60,538 nt of DNA from an uncultured Candidatus Poseidoniales archaeon (GTDB lineage Archaea; Thermoplasmatota; Poseidoniia; Poseidoniales; CAYMED01), in NCBI GenBank assembly GCA_964389655.1, contig CAYMED010000007.1, positions 31,399-91,936 on the forward strand. The letters run 5' to 3'. A program made the translations under genes and the position numbers. The notes below the pieces were generated by a model. It was not told the origin of the DNA. It did no database searches and saw only the letters and a list, made by a program, of their open reading frames with translations. Within the stretch, counting starts at the first letter, position 1; each line of letters opens with the position of its first letter. Below, piece after piece: positions 9,250-18,095 of this stretch.

Positions 9250-10533
9250 ATGGCAAACATCCGATTGGCAGATGATGAGGCAGAGCCCATTGTCAGTCAT
9301 GTTATCGACTTGGGCAATCGATTACGTGTGTGGATATTCTTTGTTACATTGACGGGGGGCCTGCTTTTACTCCGAATAGATGGCATGATCGCATTCGGAC
9401 TTGACCGGCTTTCCCCTTGTGGGCGGCCTTGCTTGCGAGTCTATGGACCTGCGGAATGGACAGCACTAAGGTGGAGAACAGTATCCGTAATCGCAGTTAT
9501 TGTAACACTCCCCATACTTGGTCTTCTCCTAGATGGGTTCGCCAAAAGGGGGTTACTACCAACTGAGAGACGTGCTTGGAGAGTAACGTTAGGAGTGATC
9601 GTTTTTGGTCTACCGGTGCTGTCATTCCTGACAATTCTAATGGGGCTTCCTCGCCTCTTTTCCATGGCTGCAGCGGATGCTGACACGTTGGGTGTGAAAG
9701 CAGCCTATGATGCTGCAAGCATGCATCGAATCGCACTTGGATTAATATGGGTTGAAGCAATTCTAGGCCTGTGGATTCTAGCAACAATCCTAGCAATTCT
9801 GAGCAAGGCAATCGGTCCATCCGACCTAGATTCTTGGCGATTTCGTTCATCCATTATGGCCGCTGTCGGGCTTGGCCTAGGCACCCCCACCGAACTCCAC
9901 GAGGCCGCATTCCTAGGGTGGATTGCGACTTTTACCGCAATTGAGATCATTATCATTTGGTTTGGCCCTAAAGGAGCCGATTTGGCAAATGGGCCAAAGA
10001 CCGTCTTGGATACCGAAGGTCGGCGATATAGGTACACACTGATTGATTGCAGTTGCTTAGGTGGTTGCCCTCAAATCGAGACATTACCCCTATTGCAGGG
10101 CTCTGGAAGGGTCAGAGCAAAGGGATTGTGCGCGTTGTCCGCAGAGAGGGACATGATCGTTGATTTAGCGAGGCGCGGGAATTGGACTAATGCGGTAATT
10201 GTTGGTTGTGACGGCAACCCTGTACCTCGCCGGATGATAAACACACTTGATACGATAGGATGTAAGGTACAGGGGCTGTCAATTCTAGACCTCGCGATCG
10301 AAAGTGGGCTAGAAAGCGACTTAGAACAGTTCACAATCGCAATGAACATTGCAGCAATGGATGGCCCATGGACACCGGAGCAGCGCAACTCACTGCGTGC
10401 AGAAATCGAACACAAATTCGGAGTCCACCCCCTACGACATGACACTAGAGGAGAACATGATCAAAAAGGCCCTAAAGTAAGAATCGGAAAAGACGGGGTT
10501 GTCGAGATGCGAAGAGATAATAGTACAGAATAA
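9250..10533 (+). CDS. Divergent TatC-family protein fused to a Cys-rich C-terminal domain
   Basis: EPIVSHVIDLGNRL resembles TatC PLxxHLxELRxRL; GPAEW resembles xPxE; GFAKRGLLPTERR resembles FxxPGLxxxERR; about 6 TM helices. The C-terminus carries CSCLGGC...GLC...IVGC. Start set at ATG 9250, 4 nt after the upstream stop. Confidence 0.7.
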   Translation: MANIRLADDEAEPIVSHVIDLGNRLRVWIFFVTLTGGLLLLRIDGMIAFGLDRLSPCGRPCLRVYGPAEWTALRWRTVSVIAVIVTLPILGLLLDGFAKRGLLPTERRAWRVTLGVIVFGLPVLSFLTILMGLPRLFSMAAADADTLGVKAAYDAASMHRIALGLIWVEAILGLWILATILAILSKAIGPSDLDSWRFRSSIMAAVGLGLGTPTELHEAAFLGWIATFTAIEIIIIWFGPKGADLANGPKTVLDTEGRRYRYTLIDCSCLGGCPQIETLPLLQGSGRVRAKGLCALSAERDMIVDLARRGNWTNAVIVGCDGNPVPRRMINTLDTIGCKVQGLSILDLAIESGLESDLEQFTIAMNIAAMDGPWTPEQRNSLRAEIEHKFGVHPLRHDTRGEHDQKGPKVRIGKDGVVEMRRDNSTE

Positions 10534-10582
10534 TCATTCTACAAACCTGTGAATTGAAATTGAATGACGATGGAGGGAGAAT

Positions 10583-12709
10583 GTGCGACGAGCCATCACC
10601 TCCATCATTGCACTGGCGTTGGTCGCTGCATCTATCGCAGTACTGGTCGAGCCGAGCATCATCGCAGGAATAAGGGAGCGAGTATCCCCTTTTGTGGATG
10701 ATTCATCAACTTCTGAATCGGAGTTAGAACTTGTGGGTATCTCTCCAGTGGAGCGCTGGATTGTCTTACTTGTTGAATTTCCAGATTCAAAAACAGATGT
10801 TGATGTTGCTAATCAAAGGGCTTCATCCTATTTTTCAAAAATCTCAAAATGGCTCAACCAAGCAACTGCTAATGAGAGTCGACTTGAGGTAGAGATACAC
10901 ACCGCATTGCTTACCGCAATTGGGCCATCACATGAGTGGGGGATGAATGGAAATGTACGTGACACGGGGATCGAGGGAGTAGATGGGCCTAGGGATCTTG
11001 CAAGATGGGCTGTGAAAGAAGCCGGTCCAGATGTCAATTGGTCCCATGGGGACCTCAACAATGATGGTATTGTAGATCGTCTTCTGATTCTCCACAGTGA
11101 CGAGCCTGAAGAAGACGGGGGGGGAAGCAATGCAATATGGAGCCATTTCGGGAGTCTTGGTGAGCCTATAGACGCTGGTTCAAAATTTCTTGTCCAACAC
11201 TACACAATGGCATCGTTTGCACAGGGAGGGACTTCTAGGTCCCTCGGGACAATTACGCATGAAATGATGCACCAAGCAGGCGCTATCGACCTTTACGACA
11301 CACATAGTGGTAAGGATACAGAGGACTGGTCTGGTCTGGGTGATTTTGACATCATGGCTAGTGGAAACTGGAATGGAAATGGCCTTCAACCAGCATTGCC
11401 AAGTGCCGCAACATTAGATTTAATCGGCATTAATCGATCGCAGGAATTAGAAAAATTGGAAAATCAGACATTAGAACTCACTGGAATGAGTATTGGAGGA
11501 AAGGCAGTCCGCATTGAGATTGGGCCACAGGAATTCGTTTGGATTGAACATAGGTCAGACGATGGTTTTGACCGCCACCTCCCAGGCTCTGGCATCTTAG
11601 TTACCATTCAGGACAAAGGCGTAGGTGGTGTTGATGACAATACTGCCAACATGGATCCTGAACGCCCGTGGTTAAGAGTCATCGAAGCAGATGGAAATAA
11701 TCGATTGCTGCGGGGGATGGACCATGGAGTTGCATTAGACCTCTTCACATCTAGCAGCAAATTTGGTCGGGAGGGAATACAAATAAGGAATCATCTTGGG
11801 CAAGTAGTACCTTGGACTATCGAAGTTTCTTCAATTAATGGAAGTATTGCATACCTTGATGTGTCGAATGCAAGTACAAATCTCAAATTTGACGCTGGAA
11901 GGCTCCCCATCGGTGTCTTACGGAATACAGCCATTCCATTTATCCTTGAATCAAATTCAGAATGCACACCCTCATTGGACCTAATTCGTTCGGATCAGAG
12001 CGGTGGGTTATTGATTGACCTACAACCATCTAAAAGCCACTGGATTGGCTCTATTCTTCTTGACCCAGCACCAGTTAATGGTAGTTCGATTCAATTAACT
12101 GGCACTGTAAATTGTGGACTCAAAAGTCATGATATTGAGATTATGATAGTCATCCTACCTAGCATATTGAAAACCGATAGTCCAATCACTGCCAAGATCC
12201 ACAGTGATGAAGCCACATCGATCATCCACACTTTCGAGAGTGCAGATGGCGCCGGGCAGGGAACTGGGACGAGAATGTATGAACTCCGAATTGAAGGACC
12301 ACTTTCACAGATCGCAACTGTCAAATCACCCCGGGCACTTTCGCCAGGCGATTCAGTTACGATTGAAATTGATCCGCGGGGGATGCTGTCCGAAAATATG
12401 CTCGCATTAGGGACATTAGTCTTACTAGCAGACGGACAACGCGATGAGGTTGAATTAGAATTTATGACCCCTGCTCCTGTACCTGAAGTACCTCGCCTGT
12501 TTGGATTGTTAGCTGCTGAGCACCTACTCTCAATGGCACTAATGTTAATGGCGTGTTGGACAATACTCAATGGAAAGTCCACTTCTGAAACTGCCAAAAA
12601 GGACATTTTGAGGCCACAAAGTGCAATTGAATTTGGACTAAGCAATTCTAGAAACTCGACTTCAGGTATCGTGCATCCCGGGTCGGCGGCGGACGAGACT
12701 GCTGAATGA
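10583..12709 (+). CDS. M6-family (immune inhibitor A-like) zinc metalloprotease, membrane anchored
   Basis: DLNNDGIVDRLLILH, IWSH, THEMMH (HExxH), DLYD and DIMASGNWNG Met-turn motifs; hydrophobic helices at both termini. Confidence 0.88.
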   Translation: MRRAITSIIALALVAASIAVLVEPSIIAGIRERVSPFVDDSSTSESELELVGISPVERWIVLLVEFPDSKTDVDVANQRASSYFSKISKWLNQATANESRLEVEIHTALLTAIGPSHEWGMNGNVRDTGIEGVDGPRDLARWAVKEAGPDVNWSHGDLNNDGIVDRLLILHSDEPEEDGGGSNAIWSHFGSLGEPIDAGSKFLVQHYTMASFAQGGTSRSLGTITHEMMHQAGAIDLYDTHSGKDTEDWSGLGDFDIMASGNWNGNGLQPALPSAATLDLIGINRSQELEKLENQTLELTGMSIGGKAVRIEIGPQEFVWIEHRSDDGFDRHLPGSGILVTIQDKGVGGVDDNTANMDPERPWLRVIEADGNNRLLRGMDHGVALDLFTSSSKFGREGIQIRNHLGQVVPWTIEVSSINGSIAYLDVSNASTNLKFDAGRLPIGVLRNTAIPFILESNSECTPSLDLIRSDQSGGLLIDLQPSKSHWIGSILLDPAPVNGSSIQLTGTVNCGLKSHDIEIMIVILPSILKTDSPITAKIHSDEATSIIHTFESADGAGQGTGTRMYELRIEGPLSQIATVKSPRALSPGDSVTIEIDPRGMLSENMLALGTLVLLADGQRDEVELEFMTPAPVPEVPRLFGLLAAEHLLSMALMLMACWTILNGKSTSETAKKDILRPQSAIEFGLSNSRNSTSGIVHPGSAADETAE

Positions 12710-13696
12710 CCAACCAAGGTTTGTTCTCTGCGCAATGAGCCATGCCTTGCGTACGCCACTTGCCAAGCGGCTTGCTCGGCAAGCTGCATTCCAATCCCTA
12801 GGTGCCTCATCTACATGCGCAATGAGCCAAGGTGCATGGCCATCTCCAACTTCACAATCATAGGCACGCCACCGAGTGCCATACTTGAAGCCAGGTCTGA
12901 GAAGCAGGCCACGACAAATAAGTTCATCCAAGAGGCCTACAGGATCATTACGTTCTGGACTAGGCCTGTTTCTGAGAAGCCACTTCATCCATTCTACTTC
13001 CGTACGCTCTAGTACCCGGCCACCACGGACTCCGACGCCGAGTGACTCTATCGACCATCCCACCTCATCGGGCACCCATAGTCCATGAACTGTGTGACGG
13101 CCTAGTTCTAGGGACTTTTCGAGCATGTGTAGGACATTTGGATCATTCACAATTGGGGGAACATGACCCCCTTTTGGATTGGCAATTGATATGTCAAACA
13201 CAGTCACGCTACCTTCATCATCGACCACTGCAACTTCTGAAGTGCGACCTGCTTTATGCACTTCACGTGCCCAATCGAGTTCAAGTCCCCAGTCGCACAT
13301 TTGGCTAGCGGAGATCCAGCGTATCTCTGCAATCGGATCAGCTGACCTAGGGCGCTCTCCACGGGCCCAACGCAGACACCAAGTCTTGTCACTGCACTCT
13401 ACATCGCTGCGGCTGCGAAGCAAAACCAAATCCCCAGGGCCCCTAAGTGAGCTAAATGCCAAACCTGCGTGAAGTGCTCCGGGGTCATCAGCAAGTGCTT
13501 TTGATAGCCATCGGGGTGATGGTTGAGGTACCCCGCGATGATCAATTGCATGGGCTAACTCAGCACTTGAAAGCCGTATTTTGGTGGAGGAAAGGCGTTC
13601 GCCAAGAAATCCACGTTCGTATAACCTAGCTGCAGAAGAACCTTTGAGGATCCACCCCGATCCGTCCCAGACAGGTACGCGATCCGACTCACTCAC
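12662..13696 (-). CDS. endA: tRNA-splicing endonuclease, two-unit (alpha2) type
   Basis: C-terminal catalytic unit RPGFKYGTRWRAY...GHAPWL...RLASGVRK with the Tyr/His/Lys triad; non-catalytic N-terminal repeat ends in AVVDDEGSVTVF. Start set at GTG 13696 to avoid overlap with the divergent gene. Confidence 0.9.
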   Translation of the reverse strand: MSESDRVPVWDGSGWILKGSSAARLYERGFLGERLSSTKIRLSSAELAHAIDHRGVPQPSPRWLSKALADDPGALHAGLAFSSLRGPGDLVLLRSRSDVECSDKTWCLRWARGERPRSADPIAEIRWISASQMCDWGLELDWAREVHKAGRTSEVAVVDDEGSVTVFDISIANPKGGHVPPIVNDPNVLHMLEKSLELGRHTVHGLWVPDEVGWSIESLGVGVRGGRVLERTEVEWMKWLLRNRPSPERNDPVGLLDELICRGLLLRPGFKYGTRWRAYDCEVGDGHAPWLIAHVDEAPRDWNAACRASRLASGVRKAWLIAQRTNLGWSFSSLVRRRPGMHDT

Positions 13697-13747
13697 AGTA
13701 CACCCGCGTAGGCAATACCCATCAATCCCTTCCCCTTTGGCTCCCCT

Positions 13748-14626
13748 ATGAGCGGCGATTGGGAGGAGGTGGTCTCGTCGCTGACCGTGCGCGAACGAGT
13801 GCTTGTGCATCTAGCTGGTTTGCCGGCCGAAGTTGCAAAGTATGAGGCAGATGTTGCCCATACTCAAGCAGGAATTGCAGGTGCGGTAGGTATCGAAAGG
13901 AAGCACGTACCCCGCGCGATTAAAGCACTCAAAAATGAGGGTTTAGTTGACGTCATGCAAGGCCGAGCATTAGGCTCATCCCAGCGTCAAATGCTCCACA
14001 TATTAACCCCTTTAGGCCTGGAATCAGCAAAAGAGATTAGCCAAGTACACGGCATCAACACCCTGCCAACTCCCGATATTTCAGCTGAAAAGCATCGTTC
14101 TGAAAATGACAGAATCAGAGCGCTCAGCATTCTACAGATGTTGCTTCGCCGAGCATGGAGTGATGGACGCTTGACAATCGAGGAGGAAGCGTTGATCCAA
14201 GAAGCTGCACTGGCTTTCCGTGTTGGTCCTGAAACGCTAGAAGTCATGACTGCAGATGAACGAAAGGCAGTACTGGGTGATAATGCACAAGATGTGAGAG
14301 AAGTTTACCGAGAACTTCTCCGCGTAAGTGCTGAAGAAGGGATGGATGATGTAAATGACGACCATCCGATGTTTGCTGGCCTGAGGCGAGCATTAGGGCT
14401 AGATGAGAGGGAACACTCGTCACTTGCGCTTGATGTTCGACTGGAAACAGAGGGACTGGAAGATGCTAGACTTAGGGCATATTTTGATGCACTCTGCACG
14501 GCATGGGGTGACGGGGGGATCTCCGAAGATGAAAACGCGATTCTTCTGAGTTTGCGAAATACATTCAACATCACAGCAGATGAAGAGAGAGCACTGATCC
14601 GAAAAGTGCGCGACAGGTTGACGTGA
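13748..14626 (+). CDS. Winged-HTH protein with TerB-like helical repeats
   Basis: N-terminal TQAGIAGAVGIERKHVPRAIKALKNEGLV...LTPLG wHTH; repeats RAWSDGRLTIEEEALI and TAWGDGGISEDENAIL, plus a degenerate middle copy (ADG..EE TerB signature). Confidence 0.65.
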   Translation: MSGDWEEVVSSLTVRERVLVHLAGLPAEVAKYEADVAHTQAGIAGAVGIERKHVPRAIKALKNEGLVDVMQGRALGSSQRQMLHILTPLGLESAKEISQVHGINTLPTPDISAEKHRSENDRIRALSILQMLLRRAWSDGRLTIEEEALIQEAALAFRVGPETLEVMTADERKAVLGDNAQDVREVYRELLRVSAEEGMDDVNDDHPMFAGLRRALGLDEREHSSLALDVRLETEGLEDARLRAYFDALCTAWGDGGISEDENAILLSLRNTFNITADEERALIRKVRDRLT

Positions 14627-14645
14627 TGAAAGGGGATCGGGTAAC

Positions 14646-15701
14646 ATGGACGAAGAGGCTCTTGTCGCGATCGAGCGCCTTGCCAAAATATCCAGTTGCC
14701 TCCGCACAATTGAGGGGGGAAATGTCGTGATTGTGGGGGATCTCGTGATAGATCACTATGTTTACGGAACCGTGAGTGGGTTAGACACCAACGCACCCGT
14801 TGCAGCAATGACCGCAGAGAGTGTCGTCCATTCACTTGGGGCATCTGGGCATATTGCACGCGCTCTAGTCCGAATAGGGCTACAACCAAGTTTCCACACC
14901 GCCATTGGGGACGACTGGACTGGCAGGAGAGCTCTTGAACTGGCTGCTGCCGATGAACTAGACTCAAAGAACATGCAAATCATAGAAGGAAGGCACACAT
15001 CTCAAATTTCCCGATACATCGCGAGACGCCGCATAGATCTTGCTGACCGCCAACTCGTCTTCCGACTAGAACGAAATGATGAAAATCCAATCCCTGAAAC
15101 TGAGCAGACTGCCATAATTGAGGCTGCCCTAACTGCCCTTGATACAGCAGATGCATTAGTAATTAGTGACTATGACCGGGGTGTGATCACTGACGAATTA
15201 ACATCTAAATTGCTTGCAGCTGCTAGAAAAAGAGGTGTCCCCAGCATTGTCGATCCAAAATTGATTCGCCTTACCCCACTACATGAAGCCGGTGTAGTCA
15301 TCTTTGAGCAGCGCGGTTTGGAAATTATGCGGAGAAGGCGTGAGGCACAATCAACGGATGCTGTTGTCGAAGAACTGCTAACCACGCATGAATGGACCGC
15401 AATACTTGAGTTACTCGGCCCTAAAGGGGTTCGCCTGCACCGTCGAAATCAACCTGCATTTAGTGTGGATTCAGATGCCGGCCCTGCCTTACAATGGCTC
15501 GGCTTGCATGACGCTGCTGCACTTGCTCTCGTTCTAGGAGCAATTGGGGGCCTTGATCTTGAAGAATCTGCAATTCTAACGAATGCTGCCTGCGAATTGA
15601 TTCTAAGGGCACAGGGAGAAGAACAAGTGGTACTCAACCTTGAACGATTGATTGACCGATTAGATGAAATGGCATGGTCCTTGCGAATTTCACAGAGGTG
15701 A
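14646..15701 (+). CDS. PfkB/ribokinase-family protein resembling the HldE (RfaE) kinase domain
   Basis: VVIVGDLVIDHYVYG..APV, ALVISDYDRGV and VDPK motifs; the anion-hole GAGD is replaced by GLHD. Confidence 0.78.
   Translation: MDEEALVAIERLAKISSCLRTIEGGNVVIVGDLVIDHYVYGTVSGLDTNAPVAAMTAESVVHSLGASGHIARALVRIGLQPSFHTAIGDDWTGRRALELAAADELDSKNMQIIEGRHTSQISRYIARRRIDLADRQLVFRLERNDENPIPETEQTAIIEAALTALDTADALVISDYDRGVITDELTSKLLAAARKRGVPSIVDPKLIRLTPLHEAGVVIFEQRGLEIMRRRREAQSTDAVVEELLTTHEWTAILELLGPKGVRLHRRNQPAFSVDSDAGPALQWLGLHDAAALALVLGAIGGLDLEESAILTNAACELILRAQGEEQVVLNLERLIDRLDEMAWSLRISQR
15695..15701 (+). promoter_or_regulatory. Shine-Dalgarno-like GAGGTGA upstream of the archease start
   Basis: GAGGTGA contains the upstream TGA stop and lies 4 nt before GTG 15706, suggesting translational coupling. 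Confidence 0.55.
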
Positions 15702-15705
15702 TTCA

Positions 15706-16200
15706 GTGTCTTGGTGGGTATTGCCCACAACCGCAGATATAGGCTTACGCATTTGTGGACCCAGCCCCTCAGCCATTCTGTCGGATGCAGTGCAAGGGTT
15801 GCAGACACTGGGATCCTCGGATGAGGCGATTCGTGCAACAATGGAAATACCACAACGGGAAGGTGAAATTCATCTCAAACTACCTGCCCCCGGATGGGAC
15901 CGTGCGCTATTAGCGCTGCTCTCGGAAGTGATTTGGCGAATTGACGCAAAGGGAGAATGGATCACTGGATTTTCACTAGATCCACGACTAAATGAGAGCG
16001 ATGACCCCAGTCACATTCAGGGGATAGCACGCTGGATACCGCTGCATCATGTTGAACGGAGTCTCGAAATTAAAGCAGCAACACACCACGCACTGCGAAT
16101 GGAGGAAGTTGCGGATGGAGAAAGAGACTCGAGTCTCTTTGATGACCTCCCACCCGTGATTGGGCCTGCGTGGGTCGCTGAAATCATTCTAGATGTATAG
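15706..16200 (+). CDS. Archease (RtcB cofactor)
   Basis: N-terminal LPTTADIGL (HTAD-like), EIKAATHH (EIKAxTYH-like) and terminal ILDV (xxDV/I) motifs. Start set at GTG 15706. Confidence 0.9.
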   Translation: MSWWVLPTTADIGLRICGPSPSAILSDAVQGLQTLGSSDEAIRATMEIPQREGEIHLKLPAPGWDRALLALLSEVIWRIDAKGEWITGFSLDPRLNESDDPSHIQGIARWIPLHHVERSLEIKAATHHALRMEEVADGERDSSLFDDLPPVIGPAWVAEIILDV

Positions 16201-16506
16201 TGGGATGGCCTTCGGTGGACACTCGTCTCCTCGGAGATCAACTGTGGATCTTCTCAACCCCGGGATCCCAAGGCACCCACGGCTCTGAGTCGGGCTGCTC
16301 CGTTCCCGGCCTGACCTGATTCCCCAGCAAAGAACACTCATCATTTCCTTCCGGAAATGACCTGTGCTGACCGAGGTCACATGGGGGCGAAGTATCAACG
16401 TCCATGCCACAGTAACTCCTTGGTTCGATGGTGCCGCCCGAAGGCGTTCAGACCGCCATGATGACGATTTGCGGTACAGGGCACGCCAAACTCCCCTCCT
16501 ATCCCA
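16201..16506 (-). ncRNA. ffs: Archaeal signal recognition particle RNA (7S/SRP RNA)
   Basis: On the minus strand, helix 8 reads GUCAGG-CCG-GGAA-CGG-AGCAGC and helix 6 reads UCAUUUCC-GGAA-GGAAAUGA. The Alu-like 5' region has CUGUAC, 5' UGGGAU pairs with 3' AUCCCA, and helix 5 is GCCUUCGG/CCGAAGGC. About 306 nt, GC-rich, and fills the intergenic gap. Confidence 0.93.
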
Positions 16507-16558
16507 AACTATCGTAGAAGAGCATCGCCTATCAACCGACCGGAGCATAACTCGATAC

Positions 16559-17662
16559 TCAACGGCCTTGAACCAAACCAAGCTCAGAAGCAACTACGGC
16601 GCATTCGTCCCCATGCCCTAGGACAATTAGAATAGAGCCCCCTTTGATTTTTGAAGACCTAGGAGGGTTGGGCTCGACATTCCAACCACCGCCTTTCTTC
16701 GGAATACCAAGCGCAATTAGGAGTGGACCACCTTTCGAGAGCAATTCCCTTCGCAATTTTCCCACTTCCATACCGACCACATCACCTTCATCAGGTACGG
16801 TGAACTGCTGAATATCGTGACCTTCTAAACCACTCGACACATTGTCAATTAACAATGCCACTTCTGGTTCAAATGCAGCAGAAGCAACAAGCCGTCCTCC
16901 AAGTTCAAAGGGTGAAGCAACATAGGTAACTCCTGATGCGTCGAAAGTCTTGCGCAATTCGGGCTGTTGAACATAGACAATAACGCGGAGGTTCGGATGA
17001 TCTGCATGAATATTGAGGCTCGCGATAAGATTCAGAGTATCCTCATCCGTAGCAATAATGATTGTATCTGCACTGCCAATATTGACGCGGTCAAGCACAC
17101 TACGGTTGGTCATGTCGCCAAAAGTTACGAAGAGATCACCCCCTGTTTCTTCACCAACCTGGCGTACGATTTTGATCTGATCTTCAGTTTCACAAATTAC
17201 CGAAACTGCGCGACCAGCAGCGAGAAGTTCTGGCACGCTGACACGTGAGATCCGGCTCCACCCGCAGACAATCACATGCTGCTTCATTGAATTACCACTC
17301 ATTCCCAATTCCCTCAGTGTTGTGTATTCTCTTAATGCGTCTTGGATGTTCGTCAGCACCACGGCGATGAAGATTATGGTAGCGAGCATATAGACACTAG
17401 CAATGATTCTTCCGAATCCCGAGATTGGGACCTCATCTCCAAATCCTACTGTTGAAAGCGTGACCAAGGACCACCAATAGGCATCAGAAAGAGAAGTGAT
17501 TTTGGCATTAGAAAGATCCTTCTCGATATACCATACTGTAAACCCTACTGCAATAAACAATGACAAAAAGGTCAGAATGGGGCGAGTAATACGCTTGATT
17601 ACGAGCGCGCGGATATCGTTTTCGCGTATTAGATTCAACTTCCGAGAACCTGTTGCGTCCAT
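16559..17662 (-). CDS. Potassium channel, 2TM plus RCK (MthK/TrkA-like)
   Basis: YWWSLVTLSTVGFGD pore and filter; HVIVCGWSR Rossmann-type RCK domain; C-terminal RCK_C. Confidence 0.9.
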   Translation of the reverse strand: MDATGSRKLNLIRENDIRALVIKRITRPILTFLSLFIAVGFTVWYIEKDLSNAKITSLSDAYWWSLVTLSTVGFGDEVPISGFGRIIASVYMLATIIFIAVVLTNIQDALREYTTLRELGMSGNSMKQHVIVCGWSRISRVSVPELLAAGRAVSVICETEDQIKIVRQVGEETGGDLFVTFGDMTNRSVLDRVNIGSADTIIIATDEDTLNLIASLNIHADHPNLRVIVYVQQPELRKTFDASGVTYVASPFELGGRLVASAAFEPEVALLIDNVSSGLEGHDIQQFTVPDEGDVVGMEVGKLRRELLSKGGPLLIALGIPKKGGGWNVEPNPPRSSKIKGGSILIVLGHGDECAVVASELGLVQGR

Positions 17663-17713
17663 TTGATCGTCTCGGCGAAATAGTCACAGGTCATAGGATT
17701 TCGGCTATGTATC

Positions 17714-18091
17714 TCATTCAACTTCATACTTTGAGGGGCAGCCTACTGTGATTTCTTCAGCGACTAGCACCCAATTTCCGAAGCGCTGATGAACCTCTCC
17801 CCGAACAAGAATCGTCCTACCCTCTGCAAAGCCATCTGAAATTGGTATGCCAGCATAATCAACAGACATGTGATTTTGATTACCTATTAAATCGAAAGTA
17901 GAGAGGTTCCTATCGAGTGTGTCATTCCCTACGACGCCTCGGACTGCTAATCGGTCGTCTTGATATTTACTTGGATCTGTGGCAATCTCATCGACATTCA
18001 CTGACGCTTCAGGTGGACGTAGTAAAAAACTCGCACCAAAAATGCCTGAGATCAATATCCCAACGAGCAAAAGGCGCAGGCGGCGATCCAA
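17714..18091 (-). CDS. ccmE: Cytochrome c maturation heme chaperone CcmE, Cys (System I*) variant
   Basis: N-terminal TM helix, OB-fold pattern (VRGVV...VDYAG..DGFAEGRTILVRG) and terminal GCPSKY. Confidence 0.85.
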   Translation of the reverse strand: MDRRLRLLLVGILISGIFGASFLLRPPEASVNVDEIATDPSKYQDDRLAVRGVVGNDTLDRNLSTFDLIGNQNHMSVDYAGIPISDGFAEGRTILVRGEVHQRFGNWVLVAEEITVGCPSKYEVE

Positions 18092-18095
18092 CTTT

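Noticed and set aside
10583-10620. MRR N-termini (also at 26560 and 33946) as Tat signals
   Set aside because: They lack the S/T-R-R-x-F-L-K consensus and are consistent with basic Sec n-regions; kept only as a weak hint.
12662-12709. 48-nt convergent overlap of endA and the M6 protease
   Set aside because: Short 3' overlaps are ordinary in compact archaeal genomes.
16189-16621. Two short ORFs (134 aa minus, 85 aa plus)
   Set aside because: They lie over the SRP RNA, and GC-rich structural RNA is poor in stop codons.
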